Positions 1 through 7,845 of a stretch of DNA of 64,000 bases are shown here, piece by piece. Within the stretch, counting starts at the first letter, position 1. Every line of letters begins with the position of its first letter. This DNA is from Clostridia bacterium (GTDB lineage: Bacteria; Bacillota; Clostridia; Christensenellales; UBA1242). The notes beneath the pieces are model-generated. The model was not told where the DNA came from. It did not search any database and saw only the letters and a program-made list of their open reading frames with translations. The stretch is from NCBI GenBank assembly GCA_045588915.1, contig JAZNFA010000002.1, positions 12,878-76,877 on the forward strand. The letters are read 5' to 3'. Both the position numbers and the translations under genes were made by a program.

Positions 1-177
1 ATAAAATTTCAATTCGGAGTTTTTTGTGAAGTCAGCGACTTTGTAGGTGGTTTTTTCGACGCCGACAATTTTATATGTATCTTTTGCAAAAAAGTTAAAG
101 TAAACATATATAATAACACACGCAAGTATAAGGGCAATTGCACCACAAATTAAACCTATTTTAACGCCGCGTTTCAT
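1..177 (-). CDS. Hypothetical N-terminally membrane-anchored protein, 5' part only (continues past left edge)
   Basis: Not in the ORF track because it is partial. Reverse strand has ATG at 177-175 and reads MKRGVKIGLICGAIALILACVIIYVYFNFFAKDTYKIVGVEK... open to position 1. AGGAGG (190-185) lies 7 nt upstream. ATGA start/stop overlap with the upstream 170-aa gene. Same basic-TM-beta-rich layout as that neighbour. Confidence 0.5.
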   Translation of the reverse strand, partial: MKRGVKIGLICGAIALILACVIIYVYFNFFAKDTYKIVGVEKTTYKVADFTKNSELKFY

Positions 178-686
178 TTTGCGACCTCCTTATTGAAAAT
201 TAAAATAATAACTTCGTAGGTTAGTTCCTTAATGTCGGTTGGATTTTGTGTAATAATGTCTTGGACACTGTGTCTTTCGTTACTCTTGATGTAAATGCAT
301 TCTTCTGTGCTGACGGCTTTTAGATGTTCAATGATGGTTTCATCACCTTTGTTAATAATATATTCAAATTCAATCACTGTTTCTTTCGGGCCTTCTTTGT
401 AACTTGTGACAATAAAAGCAATTGGTTTATCGGTAGCTGTAAAGCCTGCCAAATAAAGATTACCAGTTTTTTTGTCGTGTTTAATTTCAAAGTAGCTTGA
501 CTTATTTACTGTTGCACCTTCAAATCGTTCAGTTTCGCGAATTTCACTTAAGTAGTATTTTGTGCCGAATTCAATTTGGCCAACGACTTTTCCTTTATTG
601 ACAAGAAAGTACACAACAAAGCCACCAGCTATGATGGTGGCTATCAAGACACATATAAGAATAATTTTAATTGCTTTGCGATTCAT
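174..686 (-). CDS. Hypothetical N-terminally membrane-anchored protein (170 aa)
   Basis: ORF track. One N-terminal TM helix (IKIILICVLIATIIAGGFVVYFL). The start lies 20 nt inside the end of the 897-aa gene. No recognisable motif. Confidence 0.6.
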   Translation of the reverse strand: MNRKAIKIILICVLIATIIAGGFVVYFLVNKGKVVGQIEFGTKYYLSEIRETERFEGATVNKSSYFEIKHDKKTGNLYLAGFTATDKPIAFIVTSYKEGPKETVIEFEYIINKGDETIIEHLKAVSTEECIYIKSNERHSVQDIITQNPTDIKELTYEVIILIFNKEVAK

Positions 687-3339
687 CTGTTATATTATCT
701 ACTTTTGTCGCCTTTTGAGCAACAAGTTTATTGCGTTGATTTTTTAATCGCATATCACGTGCGTAAGAAGTATGTTTTTTAGTGATATGTTTATCAAATT
801 TAATTTTACGCCACAAGAAAGCAATGACACCTAAAAATAAAGCAATTGCTGTAATCAATGATGGAAGTAAGTACCACCAGTTTTCACCGAAGAAATTACC
901 ATCCTCCTTATAGTTATCTTCTGAATTGTTTTCTTCTGTTTCATTTTCATCAAGAACAGATAAGACTTTCATACGTTCGTCATTAACTGCATTTTCTTTT
1001 GCAAAATTAAATTCGTCTTCTGTAATTTCTTTAACTTGAATATTTTCGATAAATATTTTGCCTTCTTTTTGTGTGTTGTCATCTTCGTTAACATTACCTA
1101 AGGTAATTTGCAAATTGATTGAGGTTGCACCGTCTTTGGCTTGTAAATACAATTTGTAGGTGTAGGTAAGGTCTGGGTCAATTTCGTCGGTAGTTACTTC
1201 AAGTAAGCCGTTATAAGCAGTTAAACTTAAATGTGCGTTTTTGCCGTATGCTTCGATTGATAATTCGTAATAATTGTCTAAGGTTAAGTTATAACCAAAA
1301 GTGTTTTTAACTGTTGTTTTTTTACTGTCGATATTTTCTAAAGTTAAGCCTGTTGGGGTAGCATTGCAAGCGAATTGCTCGTCACTTTGCCAAGCTGTGT
1401 TAAGGCTTAAGGTATTAGTTAGGTCAATTGCAGTTGTGATAGCAGAGTTTGAAGCTTCTTTGTTTGTACGTACGTTATCAATATAAGCATAACCTGTGCC
1501 AGTCATAAAGAAACGTAAATAGTAATTGCGTGAACTTGCAAATTCATTTTCAGTAATTGCAAATTCATAATGTTGCCAAGCACCGTCATTGATTTCGATT
1601 GTTTCGTTGAAAACGATTTCTTGAGTAAGATTGCCGTCGTTATCAGTTTCAGCTGTTAAAATGTATGCTTTTGTATTTGTTTCATTATTACTGTAAGCGT
1701 CAAAAGAAATATATGTAGTGGAACCAACAGTTGTTGTTAAAATTGGACTAGTTAACATATTGTTGGTCGGAGTAGTGTTGTGCATCATATAAACGTGGTT
1801 GTTTTCGTTACTATTTTTTGGTAAGCCTGGGTGATTTGTGCCGAATCGTTCGTCCCACAATGTAGGATGTAAGTTAACAATTCCATTATCGTCGCTGTTT
1901 GTTTTCCAGCTGTCTGCAACTAATGGATATGGATAGCTGCTGTTTTCGATATTAACAGTGTTAGCAGCGCTGCCTAAATCAAAATTACTGTTCGCAATGT
2001 CTAAGGTTGGTGCTTCAGCATTTTGGTCATAAGTGCCGTGTACACCAAGTGCACTAGCGTTGTCGGTTGCATAACTGCCATTGACTTTGTAAATTTTAAA
2101 ATCATCAAGACATACCCAGCCAGTAACTTGTGTCGTGTTGCTGTCACTGAGTGTAAATTCTAAGTCATATTCAGCGTTAAGTTCTTGTCCGGCAATAAAG
2201 AAGACGGTATTCAATTGCCAACCATTATAATATGGGTAATCAGTTAAGTTTGTGATTTGTTGTGGTGTGTCACCAATTTTAAAATAAAAACTAGTAAAGT
2301 CTGATGCTGTAGTTGCAATTGAATAAAATTGGAACATATAAACTTCGTGTGGTTTTGGTTGGAAACTATAATTATTCAATGTTAATGTTGCGTTTGAATT
2401 AACGGCTCTCATTAACATTACGCCATTGCTATTGCCATCTTTGTTGTGAAAATAATCTTGTGTGTTTTTGAAATTTAATTCAGTTGGAATATCGGTGCTG
2501 AAGATTTCTTCATAACTAGCTGCGTTGTTAGATGGTTCAGATGGTGTGAATTCTGTGTTTGAAAATGTATCAACAATGACGTAATCGTTTGTTCGTGTAA
2601 AGTCATATACTTCACTGGTGCTAAAATCTCGTTCGTCTTTCAATTTATTAAATTCTTTTTGGTTAACTGCTGAGACGGTGAATTTATCAAAATAGATACC
2701 ACCTAAAGCATTTCCGTCACGTGAACGTGAACCAAAATATAATTCCGGAGTAACGCTAGCTTCTTCTAATTTATCAGTTGTTACATAAAAAGTTGCCGTA
2801 GCCCATTTGTTTTGTTCAAGTAAATCAATTTTTATATCATTTAAATAGAAAGTACCAAATGCATAACTTTTGCTGTTGGTATCTTTATTTTTTTGTTCAA
2901 TTAGGTAATATTTAACAGAAATGATATAGTAAGCATTTTGTGATAATGAAATTGCACTGGTGGTGTAGCAGCCTCTAGTTGAAACGTTAGGAATATCATT
3001 GATAATAACATAAGGTGCATAACCTTCTGGAATTTGAGCGTCGGTAATTGTATTGTCTTTGTGTTTTTCGTGGAATTTGGTATTTGTACCTGTTGTTCCA
3101 GTTGTTACTTGTTGTGATACTAATCCATTATTATTTGGCTTAGTCCATGTAGACAAGTCATAAGTCTCTGAGTCGAACTCAAAGATAGCTTTCTTTTGGC
3201 TTGGTGCTTCATGTTGGAAAGCGTTAGTGCCCATTGGTGCTAATTTTAATAGGCCATTGCCGACCATAGTTACTCCTGGTGTAAGCATAATGAAAGCCAT
3301 AATTAAGATGATTGTTAATACTTTACAAATTTTTTTCAT
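667..3339 (-). CDS. Large surface protein (about 890 aa) with signal peptide and C-terminal TM anchor plus basic tail
   Basis: ORF track gives 667..3360. I moved the start to ATG 3339 (MKKICKVLTIILIMAFIML...) because GGAGAA lies 7 nt upstream. The C-terminus has an acidic linker (ENETEENNSEDNYKED), a TM helix (WWYLLPSLITAIALFLGVIAFLW) and a Lys/Arg-rich tail. No LPXTG seen. Repeated Tyr-rich beta-strand signatures suggest several jelly-roll or CBM-like modules; that is inference only. Confidence 0.75.
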   Translation of the reverse strand: MKKICKVLTIILIMAFIMLTPGVTMVGNGLLKLAPMGTNAFQHEAPSQKKAIFEFDSETYDLSTWTKPNNNGLVSQQVTTGTTGTNTKFHEKHKDNTITDAQIPEGYAPYVIINDIPNVSTRGCYTTSAISLSQNAYYIISVKYYLIEQKNKDTNSKSYAFGTFYLNDIKIDLLEQNKWATATFYVTTDKLEEASVTPELYFGSRSRDGNALGGIYFDKFTVSAVNQKEFNKLKDERDFSTSEVYDFTRTNDYVIVDTFSNTEFTPSEPSNNAASYEEIFSTDIPTELNFKNTQDYFHNKDGNSNGVMLMRAVNSNATLTLNNYSFQPKPHEVYMFQFYSIATTASDFTSFYFKIGDTPQQITNLTDYPYYNGWQLNTVFFIAGQELNAEYDLEFTLSDSNTTQVTGWVCLDDFKIYKVNGSYATDNASALGVHGTYDQNAEAPTLDIANSNFDLGSAANTVNIENSSYPYPLVADSWKTNSDDNGIVNLHPTLWDERFGTNHPGLPKNSNENNHVYMMHNTTPTNNMLTSPILTTTVGSTTYISFDAYSNNETNTKAYILTAETDNDGNLTQEIVFNETIEINDGAWQHYEFAITENEFASSRNYYLRFFMTGTGYAYIDNVRTNKEASNSAITTAIDLTNTLSLNTAWQSDEQFACNATPTGLTLENIDSKKTTVKNTFGYNLTLDNYYELSIEAYGKNAHLSLTAYNGLLEVTTDEIDPDLTYTYKLYLQAKDGATSINLQITLGNVNEDDNTQKEGKIFIENIQVKEITEDEFNFAKENAVNDERMKVLSVLDENETEENNSEDNYKEDGNFFGENWWYLLPSLITAIALFLGVIAFLWRKIKFDKHITKKHTSYARDMRLKNQRNKLVAQKATKVDNITDESQSN

Positions 3340-3424
3340 TTTGATTTTCTCCATATACAATATATGGGGTTAGTTTACACTAAAAACCCCCTTTTTAGCA
3401 AGGAAAAAACTTTTGTGTAAGCCC

Positions 3425-3453
3425 TATACAAAAATAAAAATTTATGTTAATAT
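3425..3453 (+). promoter_or_regulatory. Putative sigma-70-type promoter for ppx, with -10 only 6 nt from the ATG
   Basis: TATACA (3425-3430), 17-nt spacer, TAATAT (3448-3453), then cgcatt and ATG at 3460. No SD. Confidence 0.35.
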
Positions 3454-3459
3454 CGCATT

Positions 3460-4959
3460 ATGTTGAAAGTTGCAATTATGGAACTGGGCACAAATCAAAT
3501 TAAATTGTCGATTGTGCGCATTGAAGAAAATAAATATTTTGAAGTGGAAAAGGAGTATGCAGAAAGCGTACGAATTGAACAACATTTACAAGAAAATAGT
3601 GAGTTAGTTAAGACAGTAAAAATTAAAGAATGTATTAACATCTTGCAAATGTATAAACAGATTGCCATTGCCAATGGTGTGACAAAATATCACTGTGTGG
3701 CTTCAGCCAATATAACTAAAGCAAAAAACTATGTTTCTTTCTTGGAAGAGATTAACTCAGATTTGGATTTGGAATTTAAATTGTTAACTGAGGAAGAGGA
3801 AATCAATACACTATATACAGCAGTTGTTAATACAATTGATATTGCTAAAGGGTTAATCGTTTCAGTCGCTTCTTCAAGTACTCGTTTGGTTTATTATTGT
3901 CGTCGTGTTGTGTTAAATAGTGCGACTGTTCCGATGGGGGCAGCAAACTTTACCTCGCTTGATGAGTTTAATAATCTTTTAAAAAGTGCAGGGGAATCAT
4001 TCGAACAAATTGATCCGGAAATTCCAGTGATTGGTTCCAGTGAAATCTTTACTGGATTTGCACGCTTGTCACGTAAGAAAACTAAATACCCTTTTGATTT
4101 TGATCATAATTATAATAGCGATAAAAATCACTTTAATGAAATCTTAAATTTCTTAAAAGGTTTAGATGTTGAACGTGGGGCAAAGTTAAAAGGAATTACA
4201 GCAAATGGAATTGGCTATTTGATGAATGGTATGTCTATTGCTTTGGCTGTAATGGATTATGTAAATTTAAGTAAAATTGTCATTAATCGTTATGGACGTA
4301 ATGTTGGAATTGCTTATCGTTTGACAATGCAAGAAGATGAACGTCCAGTGAATGATGTTTGTATGAGTAGTTTAGAGAACTTAATTTGGGCAAATAATTT
4401 GGATTTGGAAAATGCTAAGTATCAATATCTTTTAGCAAGTACTTTATACTCACAATTAAAAGTCTTACATAAATTGCCTCGTGTTTATACTCGTGTTTTG
4501 AAAGCGGCGACACTCTTGTTTAATTTGGGTGCAAACATCAATAAACAAAATTTTGGTAAAATTACATATTATGCAATCTTGAATTCAAATCTGTATGGTT
4601 TAAGTCATAAGGAAATTGTGATGGCGGCTTTTGTGGCAAGTTGCCGTAACTGGGATGATTTTATGTTGTCAGAGTGGGTTAAGTATAAAGACTTAATGAG
4701 CGATGAAGATTTGATGATTGTTCGTAAATTAGCAGTGATTGAATCAATGGCCTATATAATTAATTTACGCAACCAAAAAGTCGTTAAAGATATTTCCTGT
4801 GATGTTTTGGGTGATAGCGTTATTATTAAGTTAATTACTGATACTGATATGAAAAATTTAAAAGTGGATATTGACGCTGCAAAAACTGAAATTTTCCAAT
4901 TGCAAAAAATCAGTAAGGAATTTACTCGTATTTACCAAAAAAACGTGGAAATTTTGTAA
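3460..4959 (+). CDS. ppx: Ppx/GppA-family phosphatase (exopolyphosphatase / pppGpp phosphohydrolase-like)
   Basis: 499 aa. N-terminal sugar-kinase-fold signature (AIMELGTNQIKLSIVRI, compare IDxGSNSxRL). Length fits a Ppx-GppA domain plus a C-terminal helical/HD-like domain. Confidence 0.7.
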   Translation: MLKVAIMELGTNQIKLSIVRIEENKYFEVEKEYAESVRIEQHLQENSELVKTVKIKECINILQMYKQIAIANGVTKYHCVASANITKAKNYVSFLEEINSDLDLEFKLLTEEEEINTLYTAVVNTIDIAKGLIVSVASSSTRLVYYCRRVVLNSATVPMGAANFTSLDEFNNLLKSAGESFEQIDPEIPVIGSSEIFTGFARLSRKKTKYPFDFDHNYNSDKNHFNEILNFLKGLDVERGAKLKGITANGIGYLMNGMSIALAVMDYVNLSKIVINRYGRNVGIAYRLTMQEDERPVNDVCMSSLENLIWANNLDLENAKYQYLLASTLYSQLKVLHKLPRVYTRVLKAATLLFNLGANINKQNFGKITYYAILNSNLYGLSHKEIVMAAFVASCRNWDDFMLSEWVKYKDLMSDEDLMIVRKLAVIESMAYIINLRNQKVVKDISCDVLGDSVIIKLITDTDMKNLKVDIDAAKTEIFQLQKISKEFTRIYQKNVEIL

Positions 4960-5759
4960 TGGAACAAACACCACCAATTTTAGAATTTTTTGACGATGAG
5001 CCAGTGATTAGCCCGTTGACGATGCAGGATAAGCCTGTGATTTTAGCACCACAGATTAAAACTGCTATTTGCACATTCCTTTGTGAAAATATTGATCATA
5101 CAATTTTAGAACCTATATTGGCGAATTCGCACTTGTTATTTTATGTTTATGGACGTACTGGAAAAATACCTGTTTTCCAATATAAGGATGAATGCTTAAT
5201 TGTTTTAATGACTGTGGGAAGCCCTGTGGCTGTTGCTGTGGTGGAGTATTTAAAATGTATTGGAATAGAAAATATTATTGCTTACGGAACGGCAGGTTTG
5301 TTGGATGAGCGTGTGCCAGATACGGCGTGTGTTTTAATAGAAAAAGCAATTCGTGATGATGGTGCTAGTTATCATTATTTACCAGCCTCTGTCTATGTGG
5401 AAACTGATAAGCATTTGACAGATTGGCTGGAGTGTTTTTTGTGCAATCGCGAAATGCAAGTTGTGCGTGGAATTACTTGGACAACAGATGCAATGTTTCG
5501 TGAGACTTCGGCACAGGTAGCAAGGCGGCGTCAGCAGGGGGCAATAACAGTGGAAATGGAATGTGCAGGTTTCGCAGCAGCTTGTCTGCGTTTAAAAATG
5601 CGTTTTGCTGAATTTGTATTTTTTAGTGATACGTTGGTTGATGTTAAGAATTGGCATATGTTTGGCGATAAAGAACAACATAATGAACGTCGCTCGTTAA
5701 AAGTGGTATTATTACAATCTTTATTAAATGATGTACAAAAAATAGACTTGCCTAATTGA
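4959..5759 (+). CDS. Nucleoside phosphorylase family protein (PNP/UDP-like)
   Basis: 266 aa. Motifs YGTAGLL, DDGASYHY and VEMECAGFAA are typical of PNP_UDP_1 enzymes. TAATG stop/start overlap with ppx. Confidence 0.65.
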   Translation: MEQTPPILEFFDDEPVISPLTMQDKPVILAPQIKTAICTFLCENIDHTILEPILANSHLLFYVYGRTGKIPVFQYKDECLIVLMTVGSPVAVAVVEYLKCIGIENIIAYGTAGLLDERVPDTACVLIEKAIRDDGASYHYLPASVYVETDKHLTDWLECFLCNREMQVVRGITWTTDAMFRETSAQVARRRQQGAITVEMECAGFAAACLRLKMRFAEFVFFSDTLVDVKNWHMFGDKEQHNERRSLKVVLLQSLLNDVQKIDLPN

Positions 5760-5784
5760 GTTAATTCCAATTATTATATAATGT

Positions 5785-7773
5785 ATGCAAAAATTGGGGA
5801 AGTGGTTGTTTATTATCTTCGGTGGTTTAATTCTGACTGCCGTTGTGATGTTGGCACTTGCTAATATTCTGGCAGGTCGCGATGCTTTTAATACATTGGG
5901 ATTTAGCGATAGCATTTTTAAAATGGGAATGTTGCTTGGCCCTTTGGCAATGCTTGCGTTTATCTTATTTAAATATTTGGATGCCGACGGTAAAAAGAAA
6001 AAGAAAGGTATTTCACAATACTATTCGAACCGTTGGATGACAAACGAGGAACGTGATAAAATTTACATCTACACCAAAGCTTCACAATTAGCATCTTTAA
6101 AAAAGACTGGACCTTTGGCGCGCTTTGAATTGATTGGTAGTGATATTCATATCAATATGGTTTCCAAAGATTTTCACTCGATTATCTTAGGAACAACGGG
6201 TGCTGCTAAAACACAAGGTTATGTTTTCCCTTTCTTATATACATTAGGTTTTTCAAATCAAAAGCCAAATTTGGTTATTACAGACCCTAAGGGTGAAATT
6301 TATCACACCTTGGCTGAGAGCTTGCGCCACCAAGGTTATGATGTTCAGATATTCAACTTAAATGACCCGATTCGTAGTTCGCGTTGGAATCCGTTTGAAA
6401 AACCTTGGGATATGTTTCAACGTGCACAACGCTTAGAGCAAGAAATTCAACGTTACGAAAGCGCTGATCCTGTTAAGATGGGTTTGCGTGTGATTGCTAG
6501 TTCTTATCCACCTGTTTGGTATGCTTTTAACGGTATTGCTTTCCCAACCAAGGAAATGGCTGAAAATGAAATGCGTACTTTACGTCAACAATTGATTTCG
6601 GATTCTGAAGCTGATATTAAAGATATTTGTTCTGCAATCTGTCCAATTGAAAACGAAAAAGATCCTAGTTGGGAGCAGGGTGCACGTGATTTGATTCAAG
6701 GTACTGCGATGGCAATGCTTGAAGATAGTTTGAATCCGAATCTAGGTATGACACGTGATAAATTTAATTTCTATAATATTTTTAAAATTCTCTCAATTCG
6801 TGATAACGATCCACAAGCTGTATTCAAAACGATTAAGAATTATTTTGAAGGTCGTGATAAGTTGTCTGTTGCTGCTGCTTTAGCGCAAACAGTTACATCC
6901 AATGCTGAAAATACGATGCGTAACTTCTTTGGTGTTGTAACTCAAAAATTATCAATGTTTAATGATAAAGGTATTTGTTATATTACCAGTGGTACTGACA
7001 TTAAATTTAAAGATTTTGCGAAAAAGCCAACAGCATTCTTCTTGATTATTCCGGATCAAATTAAAGTTCGTCACCCATTAGCTACTTTGTGTATTTCGCA
7101 GTTATACAAATCATTAGTTGCCAGCGCAAACGAACGTGGGGGAAAATTGCCATGGCCAACGTACTTTGTGCTTGATGAATTTGGTAATATGCCAAAGATC
7201 AATGACTTTGCAACTGTGATTACGGTTTCTCGTTCGCGTGGTATTTTCTTTACACTTGTGTTGCAAGATTATAAACAGCTAGAAACGACGTATGGTCAAG
7301 AAACTGCCGTTACGGTGCGTAATAACTGTAACCACCAAGTTTTTGTTGGTGTTAATGATACCGATACACGTAAAATGTTCTCTGATTTAATGGGTGATAT
7401 GGAGATTACAACGGAAAGTACTACGGTTAGTACGAATACGGGTAAAGCAGCTAAGGAAGATCCAAAGGGTGGTAGTAAGTCAACTGCAACTAATACGGCA
7501 AGTCGTCCTTTGTTACCACCGAATGAATTGTTGGATATTGTGCCTGGAAATATCTTTGTTTATTGTTTTACTTTCCATCCGTTACGCAGTAAAGTTACTT
7601 TGTTCTATGAATGTTTAAACAAAGGTGTGATTAGATTGATTCCAACACCAGATGCTTATGTCCCAGGTAAATATTTTGATGAAGCAGCTATTTATTACGA
7701 TATTCGTCGACGCAATGATATTGTTATTCGTCGTGTTAATAATGCTGAACGCAAAGATTTGTTTGAATGGTAA
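5785..7773 (+). CDS. Type IV coupling protein (VirD4/TraG/TraD family ATPase)
   Basis: 662 aa. Two N-terminal TM helices. P-loop ILGTTGAAKT. Walker B YFVLDEFGNM. SRSRGIFFTLVLQDYKQLETTYG matches the conserved T4CP block. Confidence 0.8.
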   Translation: MQKLGKWLFIIFGGLILTAVVMLALANILAGRDAFNTLGFSDSIFKMGMLLGPLAMLAFILFKYLDADGKKKKKGISQYYSNRWMTNEERDKIYIYTKASQLASLKKTGPLARFELIGSDIHINMVSKDFHSIILGTTGAAKTQGYVFPFLYTLGFSNQKPNLVITDPKGEIYHTLAESLRHQGYDVQIFNLNDPIRSSRWNPFEKPWDMFQRAQRLEQEIQRYESADPVKMGLRVIASSYPPVWYAFNGIAFPTKEMAENEMRTLRQQLISDSEADIKDICSAICPIENEKDPSWEQGARDLIQGTAMAMLEDSLNPNLGMTRDKFNFYNIFKILSIRDNDPQAVFKTIKNYFEGRDKLSVAAALAQTVTSNAENTMRNFFGVVTQKLSMFNDKGICYITSGTDIKFKDFAKKPTAFFLIIPDQIKVRHPLATLCISQLYKSLVASANERGGKLPWPTYFVLDEFGNMPKINDFATVITVSRSRGIFFTLVLQDYKQLETTYGQETAVTVRNNCNHQVFVGVNDTDTRKMFSDLMGDMEITTESTTVSTNTGKAAKEDPKGGSKSTATNTASRPLLPPNELLDIVPGNIFVYCFTFHPLRSKVTLFYECLNKGVIRLIPTPDAYVPGKYFDEAAIYYDIRRRNDIVIRRVNNAERKDLFEW

Positions 7774-7788
7774 GCATTGTGATTTGAT

Positions 7789-7817
7789 TTGACGATATCA
7801 AATATTAAAATTATAAT
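7789..7817 (+). promoter_or_regulatory. Canonical promoter of the 2,622-aa gene
   Basis: TTGACG (7789-7794), 17 nt, TATAAT (7812-7817). This is followed by TTAACCATACTA and the SD block GTTGGGGGAAT (7831-7841), then ATG 7846. The same blocks recur at 20148-20214. Confidence 0.65.
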
Positions 7818-7845
7818 TTAACCATACTATGTTGGGGGAATACAA

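Noticed and set aside
5785-7773. Interpreting the T4CP as marking an intact ICE, conjugative plasmid or prophage
   Set aside because: No integrase, relaxase, VirB4, VirB6, replication or phage structural genes appear anywhere in the window. The flanks are housekeeping genes and I saw no direct repeats.
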